Shown here: positions 47,604 through 60,728 of the stretch, piece by piece
How positions within the stretch are numbered: the first letter of the stretch is position 1
How the letters are laid out: each line of letters opens with the position of its first letter
From: Mytilus trossulus
Taxonomy: Eukaryota
DNA length: 64,000 bases
Assembly (NCBI RefSeq): GCF_036588685.1
Contig: NC_086375.1
Location: 40,858,001 to 40,922,000 of the forward strand
Direction of reading: 5' to 3'
Made by a program: the position numbers and the translations under genes
The notes under the pieces: model-generated
Told to the model about the DNA's origin: nothing
The model's input: only the letters and a program-made list of their open reading frames with translations
Databases searched by the model: none

Positions 47604-50600
47604 ACTGTTTGAATGAAATCCATATTCTCAAGAGTGACTTCAGTAATTTAATAACTTTTTGCTTGGGATTTTTCGTAAAGTATTCATTTGATTTTGAAAT
47701 TATCCCATAAGCATTAAAGGGTTTGAAATTATCCCATAATCATTAAAGGGTTGTTTTGGTTAGGGTTCTTTTTCTAAAAGAGTTCCGTATGCCTCAATTT
47801 GAATTCAAGCATAATTATTAATAGATGATTAATTTGGTCAAAGATTGACAGATTACACGTGAAAATATTATAACAAACATTGAAAACAGTAAGGATAAGG
47901 AAAATTGTAGGTAAATAAATATTTTTGTTCAGAAAGTAAAACAAAATAATTATAAGCAGTGGAATAAAAAAAAATCATTCTCTTTTGTTAGCTGTAGGGA
48001 GATATGGAGATTTTGTCACTCTTGAAAAGTCATAAAATATGAAATTTTCGAGAGAGAATCAAATATTTTCTAAAGATTTTAAACTGAAATCGTAGCGTTC
48101 ATGTTTATGTACAGTAGACTTGAGATCTCAATAGCCGTATCAATCAATTAAAAAGTATCCAAGAAAAAATTGTAATCAAAATTTTAAGTTAAAAGTACTG
48201 ATATACTAAACAACACAATTTTATGATGAAAAATCTATGCAATTAAATATACTAATGTATTCAGGCCTGCTGACATGCAAGCTTTCAGCTGTCCTTATAT
48301 TAGCAAACCCATAAATCGATAAAGTATATTTATGGGACTATCAAAGCGATTGTTAAGTTTTTCAAACCTGGTGATTTAGTTCTCTTTAAACCGCTGTGCA
48401 GTGTAAATATGATATGCTTATATGCCACAAAGAAATATATGTATCGCCTTGCCTTCATGATGCTTTGTCTATTTGCTTTGGCAAAATAATGGTTTTATTT
48501 AATGTTGTCATTGTTTAATTATTGATTGCTTGTTATTGTTGTTAAAATGTTTGCAGAATAAAAAGTGATAAAAAGATGGTTTCGTTTGAATAAGTGTATA
48601 ATTTAAAAGCCAAGCTTTCCGACCCCAACCCCTCCAATAATAAAAAAATAAAAGAGAATGATATAAAATGCATTGGTAGGTCCAAGAATAAAGTCTTCAA
48701 CAATCAATATACAAATAAGAAATGAAAATAGTACTTGGTACATCTTAATCGAAGATAATGAGATTTTTTTCGAACTATAAAAGCGAACATACAAACAAAA
48801 AGAGAACTCGAGTTCAACTGATGATAATCATCAATAGCAAAGATAAGATATGAATAAAAATGTTCCTTTCGTGGAGTACAATAAATATAGGGAAATATTG
48901 TCTTACTTTTTCCATATGTCACACAGATTGTAAAATGTATATCATTTTTTTATTCTTTTTTATTGGCTGATCCAGGGGGGGGGGGGGGGGTACCGAAGGT
49001 TGAAACCTCCCTTTTCTTTGACCGATCAATGCATTTGAATGGGGACATACAGCTGGACCCCCGCCTTTTTTATCCTGGGTTGGAACCCCCCCCCCCCCCC
49101 TCTTTTCTTTTATTATGGCAGAATCCGCCACGATCCGCCCCTGTTTATCGTTATTTATTGCAAAATATCTTTTTTATTACCTTTGAAAAATTTCAAAATA
49201 GGATCCCATACATGTATACATTAGAAATCTATTCCAAGTCCAAACTACTATTGTCATACATTCGTTATACTGTCTGTAATGATGCATCGATAGTGTTTAA
49301 AGTCATGATGCAAACCCAGCAACTGAAAAGTTTATTCAAAATTTGATCACAGTACTTCAGCAATCTTTATTAGCAATGGTCGTTATATATCATAACTTTC
49401 CTAAATAAAAAGGATAGTCACAGGTATAAATTAGACGCTAGTAAAAGGCACAGGCGGATCCCAAAATAAAGTGGTTATTATATAATACAGATTATGTAAT
49501 GTACGAGCTACTTACTAGTAATTGAAATATCACTTTATATTTTGAAGAATAAAAGGTTTTCGTTTAGTGCACTTCAGTAATTTTTACATTGATTTGATGG
49601 ATGGATTTAGTAAGCATCCACATGACATCGATGAGAATACCGTATAGTTCTACTGCCGCGTCCGATTTGTGTTTTTGATAGATGCTTTCTGTTTTGTATC
49701 GATCTGATACCTTATAGATATAGTCTGTTCTTATCTAATACTGTTACACCATTGTTTTGGTTAGGGGAGGGTTATGGCGCCTGCAATCTAGTTAAAACAG
49801 CCCCATTATATATGTACAATAGTTGCACCTCAGGCGACCAAAAAACTTACTATTCCACTCAAAAAGTATAAAATGTTGTGCTTCAATAATAATAATGTCG
49901 TATAATGGTTTCTTCTAATCCAAACTTTCATATGTATTTGCTGGTCTCGGATATGCATAAATAACTACTATTTGACGCTGGACGTCAAACAACGTTTCAT
50001 CAAGCATATGATTGCAGACTTTTGTATAGTGTAAGGTTTTGAAATTATATGATAAACAATATGAAATCGAAAACTGTAACGTTTAGCATATGCACTGTCC
50101 AATTAAGAAATCTCATTAAGTTATGTATGTTTTCAGTAACGTTACAAAATTAAGAATGGAAATGTGGAATGTGTCAATGACAAAAATCCGACCAAAAAGC
50201 AGGTAACAGTGCAATGTCATCAATGGGACATAACCCCAGAGAGAAAACCCCGATGTCGTAGGCGGGCTATAAGAGTACAAATTGAAGACACGATGAGACA
50301 CTCTATTGTCTCCACATGCGGCACTATAGAAAAACTCTGTAAACAAAAAGTTGAAAATGAAAATGGGGAATGTGTCAACAAAAACAACCCGGCCAAAGAC
50401 CGGTATGTTAATTTGGTTGATTGTATAGGACGACAGCGCCAAGATTAGTAAGATCAATTTTTATTTAAAAGAATAATCAGATATGCTTCTGAAACAAGTC
50501 GCCTGTGTCCTCTAAATCATGATTTTAGCGACAGAGATTCGCTTATACTTGTCAATTTGTTTCAAACATTATTGATTTCAAGTTAAAAAATTAAAGGTAA

Positions 50601-51061
50601 AGGCTGAACACAAACTTAATTGACGAAAGCTTATACTGATCATTTGATCTTTGGAACCTGAAAATAAAACATTTTTACTTACAGAACTTCTGTCCATTTT
50701 AGTAACTTGCATTACAAAAAAGAAAAAAAAGCTAACAATCAGCACAATACAGACACACAATTAAGAGAACACATAAAGTTTCCAAATTATTAACTTTTAA
50801 AATGCATAAAAGAACAACCACATGCATGTTTACAGAAATATTTAATTTGAAACAATTAAACTACAATATAAAAGATAATCTATACATTTAAATAAAAAAA
50901 AACGAATTACTGGTAGTTTTTGTATTAGACGCAATGCTTGCCTTGAACACGATGTAGAAGTCATGAATTGCCACCGAGATATTTTTCGTAGTTCGTTGTT
51001 TGCCCCATGCACCGTTTTATTTCCAATGCTCACTTGTAAATGTTTTAGGTATCAATTTGTT

Positions 51062-51165
51062 TTAAAAAATGACTGCACGTCCTTCCACAAACGATTGAAC
51101 AGCTTTTTCTGAGATATTGGCTACCAACAAACATTCTTCCTTTGTTATAAGTGGCTTCGTCTTCC
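51062..51165 (-). CDS. myo-inositol 2-dehydrogenase-like (Gfo/Idh/MocA), last exon
   Basis: GKTKPLITKEECLLVANISEKAVQSFVEGRAVIF*, the family C-terminal helix. Confidence 0.82.
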
Positions 51166-51697
51166 CTGAAAATTGACAATTTTATACATAATTAAATGAA
51201 TAACACCGGTGACATGTACTCTAAACCATATAGTTTGAACAACGCATGATTAGAAGTAGAAGTGAGGTAATGAAACTTTCAGACAGAGTTGTGTGCATAT
51301 GGCAACTTAAGTTAATATCTATTTTTCAAAATCCAGAAACTGTTTTTTAACAAAATATTATATAACATATAACTATCATCATTGTTTTATACATTTTCGA
51401 CAAACCCCCAGTATATGTTTGAACTCGTTGTGTTAGCATAGAAAAACAAAAGGGTGATCGTTCCCATTTTATTCGGAAGGATGCCATTATACCATTGGTT
51501 TGTTGCTTACATTCAAACAAATAGATGTAGAAAATAATACTTTGTACTAGTACTTGACCACATCTTCGTGTGAGACAATATCAAACGCCATCACTCATCA
51601 TACAATTTAGACTAAAGCATGTGACCTGTTATTAAGGGCCCTAAAAATTAAAGGGAAACATATTCAGAACAAAATTTACAAATAAAATAATACATAC

Positions 51698-51863
51698 CAT
51701 CCATACAGTCAACGAAATGAGTTAACAAACTTTCAAATGCACCTTCAAATCTCTGAGGAAATGAATGATGAAGTTGTCGGAGTAGAGCACCATGTGCAGC
51801 ATCTGTTACTGATGTAGACCGTCTTGGAGATTCGCCAGATGCCATTCCTCCAGAACCAAATAA
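51698..51863 (-). CDS. myo-inositol dehydrogenase-like, exon 7
   Basis: LFGSGGMA...SFPQRFEGAFESLLTHFVDCMD. Confidence 0.85.
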
Positions 51864-54100
51864 CTGTAACAAAATTATCGTTTGTGCATATAGACATAAT
51901 AGACATAAGACATATATATATATAGCTTTTTTAGAGTCGATATATGCAATTCAACTATAAACAGACAAAACAAAAGTTCAACAAACAAAACAACAATATC
52001 AAGTCATGCACACATACAATCAAACACAGAAAGTAATAGCTTATGTCATTGCGGTTTTATAACGGTGTCGAACCTGCATTCGTGAACGATTATCATCGTT
52101 TGCTGGCAAGTGTATTTGGGTTCTTTTGGTGTTTATTCAAGAAAGAAATGAGTCTGATGCATCAGCGGCAGATAAAAGTTCATTTAAATTTATCAAACTA
52201 CATAAATTATGTGTATCACTCAATACTGCTTCAATCTCAATCAGTCAATACAATGTTTCTTCATCCTGTGTACATCCGTAGTTTGTTTTGGTTATGTGTG
52301 TGCTTTTGTTAACCTTTGGAGTATATGAGATACTGGAACAATGTTCCTTTAAGGACGTTTGGTACTCTTGTTTTTGACTTTTTGTCATATATTTGGAATC
52401 CTCTAGTTTATTCATGTTACATTGCAGTGCCAATAAAATAATATCCCGCTAACACTTACCTTTCTTTCTTTTCATATTTTATTACTTATTGTATGAAAAG
52501 CCTTTTTCTAAAATCTTATATAATCCTGGTTATTTTTTCAATAGTTTTTGAAAGGAAAAAAGTGTGAATGTTAAACAAATGAAACATCTAGAGAAACAGA
52601 ACTCGTCCAATTTTCAATGGCTTACGAAAACAAGCACTTTTTTATCTGCTTTTTTAGTTTTGTTTGTTAGATACTATTAATTTATTTTATGACAGTCTTT
52701 TAAAAAAAATGTTAATTGTAAAATAGAGTAGCGAAGATTCTTAACATTACGTCTATTTATAGTACTCTAAGTATTTTATGGGAATACTGGCGTGATCATT
52801 TAAGACATTGGTAAATTAAGTTATATTGATTTCTCAATACTAATTTATCCCACTAAACACTTCAATACCTTGGTCTTTCAAATTCATAAATTATGTAATT
52901 CTTACTGTGTATTTGAAACATTCATTTAGAAGCAAAATTGTTTGAATGGAAATAGTCAATGTATAATTGATGGTCAGATAACAAAACTTTACCAAAAAAA
53001 GATGTTAATCTATAACATCTATTTCAAAACATCATGTCACGAAAACATATTAGATACAGTGTCATTCGATGTTTAATTCATAGAAAACTAATTTAAAAAC
53101 GCAGTACGAATTTTAAATTCATACATGGATAGATAATCTTCTTAGGTTTACTATTACTTCATCTTATCAGGAAGCTTCGGGATTAAAAAAAAAACGAAAA
53201 CGTGCTTGATATATACCGACTGGAACGGCAATAAAGTTTACGAACAGGATGTAGATATTCTTATGTTTTCATGGAAAATATGTCACATCTTCTTATTGAA
53301 TATTGTTCCTGTATTATGACAAATCAAAGTCTTATGGCCAACTTCAGTAAGTCATGCAATTTCTGAAGATACAACTGCTGAAACTTGAAAGTTTGTGTTT
53401 TATGTTGTGTTGTTACGCAATTGTCCAAACACAATACATTTGTATTTAACCCTATCACATTCACGGAGACTATATGACTGTCCCAAATCAGGAGCCTGAA
53501 ATTCAGTGGCTGTTGGGTTTGTTACTGTCTGTCATTCTGCTATGTTGGTTTTTCATTAATTGTTTTGTCATAAATCAGACTTAATTTTGTTGTTTTTTCT
53601 CTTGTTTGTTTCAAATTCTGTAATATCGAGGCCTTGCAATTTGACTGGAACTTGCTCATTGTTGAGTACGACCAAGCTAACACAGAATGTTGACTATAGA
53701 CCATGTCATTTGGACTCCGGTGGTTAGTTTTCTCTTTGACATTCGAAATACACCTTATTGTTTTTAACTAAATATTTCAATAAATTTACATATGGTTAAC
53801 ACTAATATGAAGTAAATAGTAAGAAAGTCATGTTATCTATGATTGAATGTCATAACCATAAACATAATAGTATTAGTCTTGTATGATTTTTTTTATTTTA
53901 TTTACTTGTGTATATAATATTTTGGAGTTTAGTATGACGTCCATTATCACTGAACTAGTATACATTTTTGTTAAGGGGCCAGCTGAAGCAAGCCTCTGGG
54001 TGCGGGATTTTCTCGCTGCATTGAAGACCCATTGGTGGTCTTCAGCTGCTGTCTGCTCTTTGGTCGGGTTGTTATCGACCAAAAATACTTAATAGTTATT

Positions 54101-54375
54101 ACACGTTTCGTCTACATAAACCCCATCAGTGACGCTCAGATCAAAATAGTTATAAAGCTAAACAACTTAAAAGTTGAAGAGCATTGAGGACCTAAAATTT
54201 CAAAAAGTTGTGCCAAATACGTCTAAGGTAAATCTATTCCTGGGATAAGAAAATCCTTAGTTTTTTCGAAAAAGTTTTGTTACAGGAAATTTATAAAAAC
54301 GACCACATAATTGATATTCATGTCAACACCGAAGTGTTGACTATTGGGCTGGTGATACCCTCAGGGACGAAAGTC
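54101..54375 (-). mobile_element. Retrozyme-type repeat, near full monomer, hammerhead mutated and truncated
   Basis: Reverse complement of the 22841 element. The core reads CTGATGG-GGTT...AGAC-GAAAC and stops before the cleavage site; it abuts the exon 6 donor. Confidence 0.75.
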
Positions 54376-54379
54376 TTAC

Positions 54380-54618
54380 CTCTAATCGAATATCATAACC
54401 ATAAACAGCATCACGTGATAAATCAATAGTACACATTATCCCATTCTTAAACTTGAGCGTAACGACTGCAGTATCTGGCTGTTTTGCTGACTTAAGCTTT
54501 GGGTCATGTATATGTCCTATCGTGTAGACCGATTCTGGTAACTCGCCATTGGTCATCCAGACCATCATGTCAATGTCATGTACAGCGAGATCTGATACAA
54601 TATTACAACCTTCTGAAT
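54380..54618 (-). CDS. myo-inositol dehydrogenase-like, exon 6
   Basis: DLAVHDIDM (DxxxHD catalytic motif)...SRDAVYGYDIRLE. Confidence 0.88.
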
Positions 54619-55314
54619 CTGAAGTAAAAAATACAATTTTTTTTTTAAATCTCACGCTTAAGAAAGCATAAGATGTTTATTTTATTTTGGCTAAAAAATC
54701 TTCAGTTAATGGATGGAAAAATAATTCATCGGATATGGATATCACTAAATGCTAGATTACAGCTTTTTATTTTTAAATTTGACCATAAATAGTCAACTGT
54801 ACATCGGATATTAATCATGGAATGATTCGTTGCAGAAAATCTTATACATGCATGGTTTTACACTACATTTTTAGGCCCTTTATAGCTCATTGCTGTTCAG
54901 TGTGAGCCAAGGCTTCGTGTTTAAGGCCATACCTTAACCCATAATGGTTTACCTTTATAATTTTTTTACTTGGATGGAGAGTTGTCTCATTTGCACTCAT
55001 ACCACATCTTCCTATATCTACATACATTCAGGAATCTGATGTTCAGTAGTTGTCGTTTGTTGACGTGCATGGTTTATAAGTGTTTCTCTTTTCTCTTTTA
55101 TTATATAGACAATAACGTTGTTTTTTCCGCTTGAATGGTTTTACACTGGTTATCTTTGGGCCCCTTTATAGCTTGCTGTTCAGTGTGAGCCAAGGCTCAG
55201 TGTTGAAGACCTATACTTTGACCTATAATGGTTTACTTTTACAAATTGTGACTTTGATGGTGTTTTGTCTCATTGGCACTCATATCACATCTTCTTATAT
55301 CTATGTACATTTAC

Positions 55315-55442
55315 CTGTATTAAGTAAGAATTCATAGGCTGGCTTTGGACTATCTCTGTTGGTTAATTTTATCATTTGGATATCTCCTATTCCATTATTT
55401 CTTGTTGCTGCATATATATCTTGAAACAATGGATCAAATCGT
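55315..55442 (-). CDS. myo-inositol dehydrogenase-like, exon 5
   Basis: RFDPLFQ...GIGDIQMIKLTNRDSPKP. Confidence 0.85.
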
Positions 55443-55699
55443 CTGTAAACAAAATAATTGTAAACTATGACAGCTAATGAATCGAAGACATTGATTGCAA
55501 CAGAACATGAGAAAGTCAAATCTTACATTACACGTGTTTTAGTAATGGTGAAAGATGGGTAAATCGCATAAGACCTCAAAGATTTTTTCAAATTTGTGAT
55601 TCAAAATTTATTTTTTAAGTTGAAATATTGTTTATTTGTTAATTATTTCTGTGTACATATATTATAATGATAAGATATAAAACATGATAGATATAATAC

Positions 55700-55808
55700 C
55701 TCTGAAACCCTGTGACTAATATTTTGTTGTTTTTCTCTGCTGTTTCATAGCACAGTTTTATTTCATCATATGTGGATCCCGTTGGCTTTTCTGTAAGAAC
55801 GTTCTTTC
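55700..55808 (-). CDS. myo-inositol dehydrogenase-like, exon 4
   Basis: GKNVLTEKP...ILVTGFQR (EKP motif). Confidence 0.88.
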
Positions 55809-56326
55809 CTGTAAGTATAATACGATGACTATCTAATTCATGAACCTTTCACAAATATTTACATGTTTTAAGAGCGTCTAATAACTTATCATTTTGAAAT
55901 TAAAAGTTTGTTTCATTAAACCATCTATGTTGAATATTACCAGTAAGGCATCCAACGACATACAGTGGATCCGAGGCCTCTAACTGGGATTCGAAACATA
56001 ACGAACGTGGCGGAATTTGAAACAGTAATCCTTTGTTGATAACTTTTTGGTCATGCACCTAAATTCCTCATTCCAAATCTTTCAATATCGAATGTCAAAT
56101 TTGTAGCTTTCTAATCCAACATCAAAGTAGAATGGTCTTAACATTGCAAAGCTTGTCTTTTGTTGCTGTGTATATTATTTGTTTTTCGTTTATTCTTTTT
56201 ACATAAAACAGTTCATAGTTTTCCCGATTGAATTCTTTTACACTTGTCATACTAGTATCCGGATTTTTTATAGCTTACTATGCGGTGTGGGTTTAACTAA
56301 TTGCTGAAGGCTGTATATGACCTGTA

Positions 56327-57733
56327 GGGAAAACGGTACTATTTTTCTGCCATGGGCGACATAATTTTCTAAATTTACCACTTTTTTTATAATAACAAGA
56401 GTGCACACACTGAAATGTCTCGCATTCTTTACTAATCATTGTCGATATTATGTTGATAGTCCTAAGTATATATAAAGCTTTATTACAACTGTCACATAAA
56501 CGTTACATGAACCAAAATAACTAAACAAAGACCAATGAACCATGAAAATGAGGTCAAGGTCAGATGAACCATGCCAGGCTGACATGTACAGCTAACAATG
56601 CTTCCATAAAAAGAATAAAGTTGACCTAATACTTATAGTTAAAGAAAAATAGACCAAAACACAAAAACTTAACATGGAGCAATGAACCGTGAAAATGAGG
56701 TCAAGGTCAAATAAAACCTGTGGGACTAATATATAGATCATAAAACATTTCCATACACTTAATATAGTTGACCTATGGCGTATAGTATTAGATAAAAAGA
56801 CCAAAACTGAAAAACTTAACTTTGACCACTGAACCATGAAAATGAGGTCAAGGTCAGATGACATCTGTCCGCTAGACATGTTCACCTTACAATCAATCCA
56901 TACAACAAATATAGTAGACCTATTGCATAAAGTATGAGAAAAGCAGACCAAAACACAAAAACTTAACTATAACCACTGAACCATGAAAATGAGGTCAAGG
57001 TCAGATGACACCTGCCAGTTGGACATGTACTCCTTACAGTCCTTTCATACACCGAATATACTAGCCCTATTGCTTATAGAATCTGAGATATGGACTTACC
57101 ACCAAAACTTAACCTTGCTCACTGAGCCATGAAATGAGGTCGAGGTCAAGTGAAAACTGTCTGACGGGCATGAAGACCTTGCAAGGTACGCACATACCAA
57201 ATATAGTAATCCTATCACTAATAATAAGAGAGAATTCAACATTACAAAAAATCTTAACTTTTCTTTCAAGTGGTCACTGAACCATGAAAATGAGGTCAAG
57301 GACATTGGACATGTGACTGACGGAAACTTCGTAACATGAGGCATCTATATACAAAGTATGAAGCATCCAGGTCTTCTACCTTCTAAAACATAAAGCTTTT
57401 AAAAAGTGAGCTAACACCGCCGCCGCCGCCGTAGCCGCCGCCGTAGCCGCCGCCGCCGGATCACTATCCCTATGTCGAGCTTTCTGCAACAAAAGTTGCA
57501 GGCTCGACAAAAACCAGGATAAAACAGTAATGTGTGGTATTAGTACTTTATTATTATGTTTTAAACAATTAAAACCAAATAGTATCATGAACAACTTATA
57601 ATATATATACACACTGCAGTTATTCATAGATACATAAAAAATCTATTGTACCCTTAATACATCCAATCACAGCGCTCCTAAGTACACAAAAGGCCAACCT
57701 AATGCTGGGAAATTGCAATAGTACCGTTTTCCC
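56327..57733. mobile_element. TIR DNA element (GGG...CCC, 4-bp TSD TGTA, possibly Sola-type) containing a nested Helentron-like element
   Basis: gggaaaacggtactatt / aatagtaccgttttccc; tgta on both sides. Confidence 0.7.
56394..57513 (-). mobile_element. Helentron/HINE-like element with an internal ~150-bp tandem array and (GCC)n microsatellite
   Basis: Repeated gaaccatgaaaatgaggtcaaggtca units, (gcc)n at 57417-57458, and terminal hairpin gtcgagc...tgcaacaaaagttgca...gctcgac. Confidence 0.75.
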
Positions 57734-58799
57734 TGTATGGCATATTGTACGTTATTTGATCTGTAGTAGAGAGTCGTTTCACTGGCAATCACACTCCCCC
57801 TTATTTTTTATGTATCTTATTCTAGTCTATTATTGTGAAACATTATTACTTACAACTAGTTCATAAACTAACTAAGGAACACGGAAAAAGAACGATAATG
57901 CTGACTTCAATCTTTACCTAACAGATATGCATATGATGTTAACGAATGCAAATTAAATGCAAATAACTGAAACCGAATATGAGGTCGATATACGAAACGA
58001 AAATCTTCAGTTACATGTATAATATATGAATAAATATTAAATATTCGTTGTCAGCTTTCAATATAAATTTAAGTCTGTAAGATGTATCAGGGAAGTGTTC
58101 AAATAAATAAAACTTCAACTTATTTTTATTAATTGTATTTCACAAATTTACTCAATCGACGATGGTGTTAACTGTATTATAACACACGATTTTCTGAAAC
58201 AACAGTTTCATTACAGGAATCCAGGAGAAATGTACGATACAGTAAACTGTGACCCAGTCATGCAATTCACTAGTTATGCTTAATGTTAAAAGCTAAAGCA
58301 TATAAAAAAGAAGATGTGGCTTGTACATGATGTTTATGATTGCCAATGAGAAAACTCCCAATAAGAGACTAAACGACACTGACATTAACAACTATAGGTC
58401 ACCGTACGACCTTCAACAATGAGCGCAGTTTGGGAAAATTAAAAGATCTTTCTAACTTAGGAAGGAGAAATCATATTACTTCGATGGATGCATAAATGTG
58501 CATAGCTACAACAAATTAAAAACAAAACATTTACTGAATGATTAAAGATAGTGCTTTAGGGAAAGATAAAATTGAGAATGGAAATGGGGAATATGGCTAA
58601 GAGACAACAACACGACCAAGGAGCAGACAAAAGTCGAAGGCCACCAATGGGTCTTCAACGCAGCAAAAATTCTGCACCTATGCAGAGGTGGTCCTCAGCT
58701 TAAAGAAATTTTAAAGTTAAAAGAACTCATATAAATATGAAAGATTCATTTAATTTTAAACATTCTATATATAAATAGGGTCTGTGCTTCAAAATCTAC

Positions 58800-58870
58800 C
58801 TTTGTTTAAGCTCCTACAGATGTAATCAGCATGAGTTGATGTTGGGGTGAAAACAAAGACTGCATCAAGA
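58800..58870 (-). CDS. myo-inositol dehydrogenase-like, exon 3
   Basis: LDAVFVFTPTSTHADYICRSLNK; phases consistent. Confidence 0.85.
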
Positions 58871-59896
58871 CTGAAAAGGAAAATAACCGTAAGTTATGTT
58901 ATCAATATGATTTCCACTTCATGCTATTTCTTGCAATTGGAGACATTTTTATCATAGACAATAGCTGTTAAATTCAGCACCTTTTTTAATGAAACTACAA
59001 TTATGGCTTTGTTTTTAAAATATGGTCAACTTTATTTGTTAGTTTTGCATTCGAATGACATCTAATCAGAACCGTATCATATAGTCTTTTTCATTCCAGA
59101 ACAGTTTGAACAGATGCTCTTTTTTTAAACTGAAAATCAACAAAATGGCGATGTAGATTTTTTATATGAAATTACATCCAAACACGTACATGGTCGATCA
59201 ATTTGCTGAAGTTTTAAAAAATAATTTGTTATACTAGTTATCATTCCGACCGTAATTTATGCGACGTCATACAAATGAGAGGTTAAGCTAGCTATAAAAC
59301 CCGGTTCCATCCACGATTTTCTACATGAGAAAATTCCAGTACCAAGTCAGGAATATGACGGTTGTTATTCAATCGTTTGATGTGTTTGAGCTTTTAATTT
59401 TGCCATGTGATTAGATATTATCCGTTTTGAATTTTCCTCGGAGTTCAGTACTTTTGTGATTTTACTTTTTACTATTCTTTTCGAATGTTTGACAAATATC
59501 GATGGTACATGTCTAAGCATTTGGTTTGTGTATCATTGTCCAGTATAACCGAAGTTACATTTGTAGTCATCCTACATGTATATGTCTTTTCACATGCAAT
59601 CTCGTACAATATCCGTTTTATTAATCCCTCGCTACTAAGTCAGAACTTACAGAATTACTTGATCACTTTACTTTATTCTTGATAAACATATTGTGTATCG
59701 TGTTTTTTTACAATGCAATGTTAGTTTTGTAATGTTTTAATTGTCAAATAGATGGCAAGTACGTTTTCGCAAATTTGGTAATAGGTACTGACTAAAAAAC
59801 TTGAGCTTACTTCATCGAACATTGAATACACTATCTTTGTAGACAGGAAATGAGAGTATGATTTTTAAAAATTGTTATCGACTATGGTCAATTTAA

Positions 59897-60170
59897 GGTG
59901 GTACCTAACACTACAGGGAGATAACTCTGTAAAATCAGCTAAACGTTTAAATTACGTTGTGGTGTTAATGGAATATTAAGCTTCTCAATGATCAAAATTG
60001 GTGTTTGTCAAACTGCTATATAACCAGTGTAATTTCTCTGATAAAACGGATGGTTCAAAATTTTTGAAATTTTTATTTTTTTGTTAAAGGGTCAAAGTAA
60101 ATACTTTGTCAAAAATTTAATGAAAATTAAACGAGCCAAATTGATTTTAGTGAAAGTGTTAGGTACCACC
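59897..60170. mobile_element. Kolobok-like MITE (274 bp)
   Basis: Perfect 16-bp TIR GGTGGTACCTAACACT with TTAA TSD on both sides. Confidence 0.85.
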
Positions 60171-60381
60171 TTAAGGTCATTAATCTTAATTTTAAAATTT
60201 CGAAAGTCAAGCAGAAGTAAAGGATCATTGTCGAACCTATTTAAAAACAAAACAGAATAAACAGCTCTGCATAGAGTCAATGTAAATGGTTGTCAAAGAA
60301 AAAATACGCTGGTATTCACGGATAAAACTTGTCGCTCACATCCGTAGTGAGTCGTTCAAAATAAAATTCAAATCCACATAC

Positions 60382-60635
60382 CTTTTATCTTCGAGTAAAT
60401 TATCAACTTCTTTTGATGGATGGAATGGTACATCAAAAATTAAATGTTCGTCCTGCACATTGGTAAGAGCATCTTTACTGTCATCTACGATCCATTTCAC
60501 TACTAATTTACGGTTCCTAAGAATGTTTTTAATATGTACTGAGCTAGCGATTCTGCCCGCACCAAGAATGCCTACATTATATCTCTTAGTTTCATTACCA
60601 GTTGAAGAATATCTAGCTGTTACACATGGTGTTCC
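60382..60635 (-). CDS. myo-inositol dehydrogenase-like, exon 2 (Rossmann GxGxxA)
   Basis: GTPCVTARYSS...NVGILGAGRIASSVH...WIVDD. Confidence 0.88.
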
Positions 60636-60696
60636 CTGCAAAATGAGAAAATGTATGTGACTATTTCATCTATAAATGCTACTTCTTTAACATCAG

Positions 60697-60728
60697 CACT
60701 GGACGTTAAGCAACCAACAATCAATCAA
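60697..60728 (+). mobile_element. 32-bp SINE/LINE 3' end with (TCAA)n tail and 11-bp TSD
   Basis: tttaacatcag duplicated at 60686-60696 and 60729-60739; insert matches the 46244 element. Confidence 0.8.

Noticed and set aside
47694-47752. 29-bp tandem duplication in the OTU 3' UTR
   Set aside because: Real but a simple local duplication with no evident function.
56592-57627. Minus-strand ORFs including a poly-Ala peptide
   Set aside because: Derived from the tandem units and (GCC)n microsatellite of the Helentron-like element.
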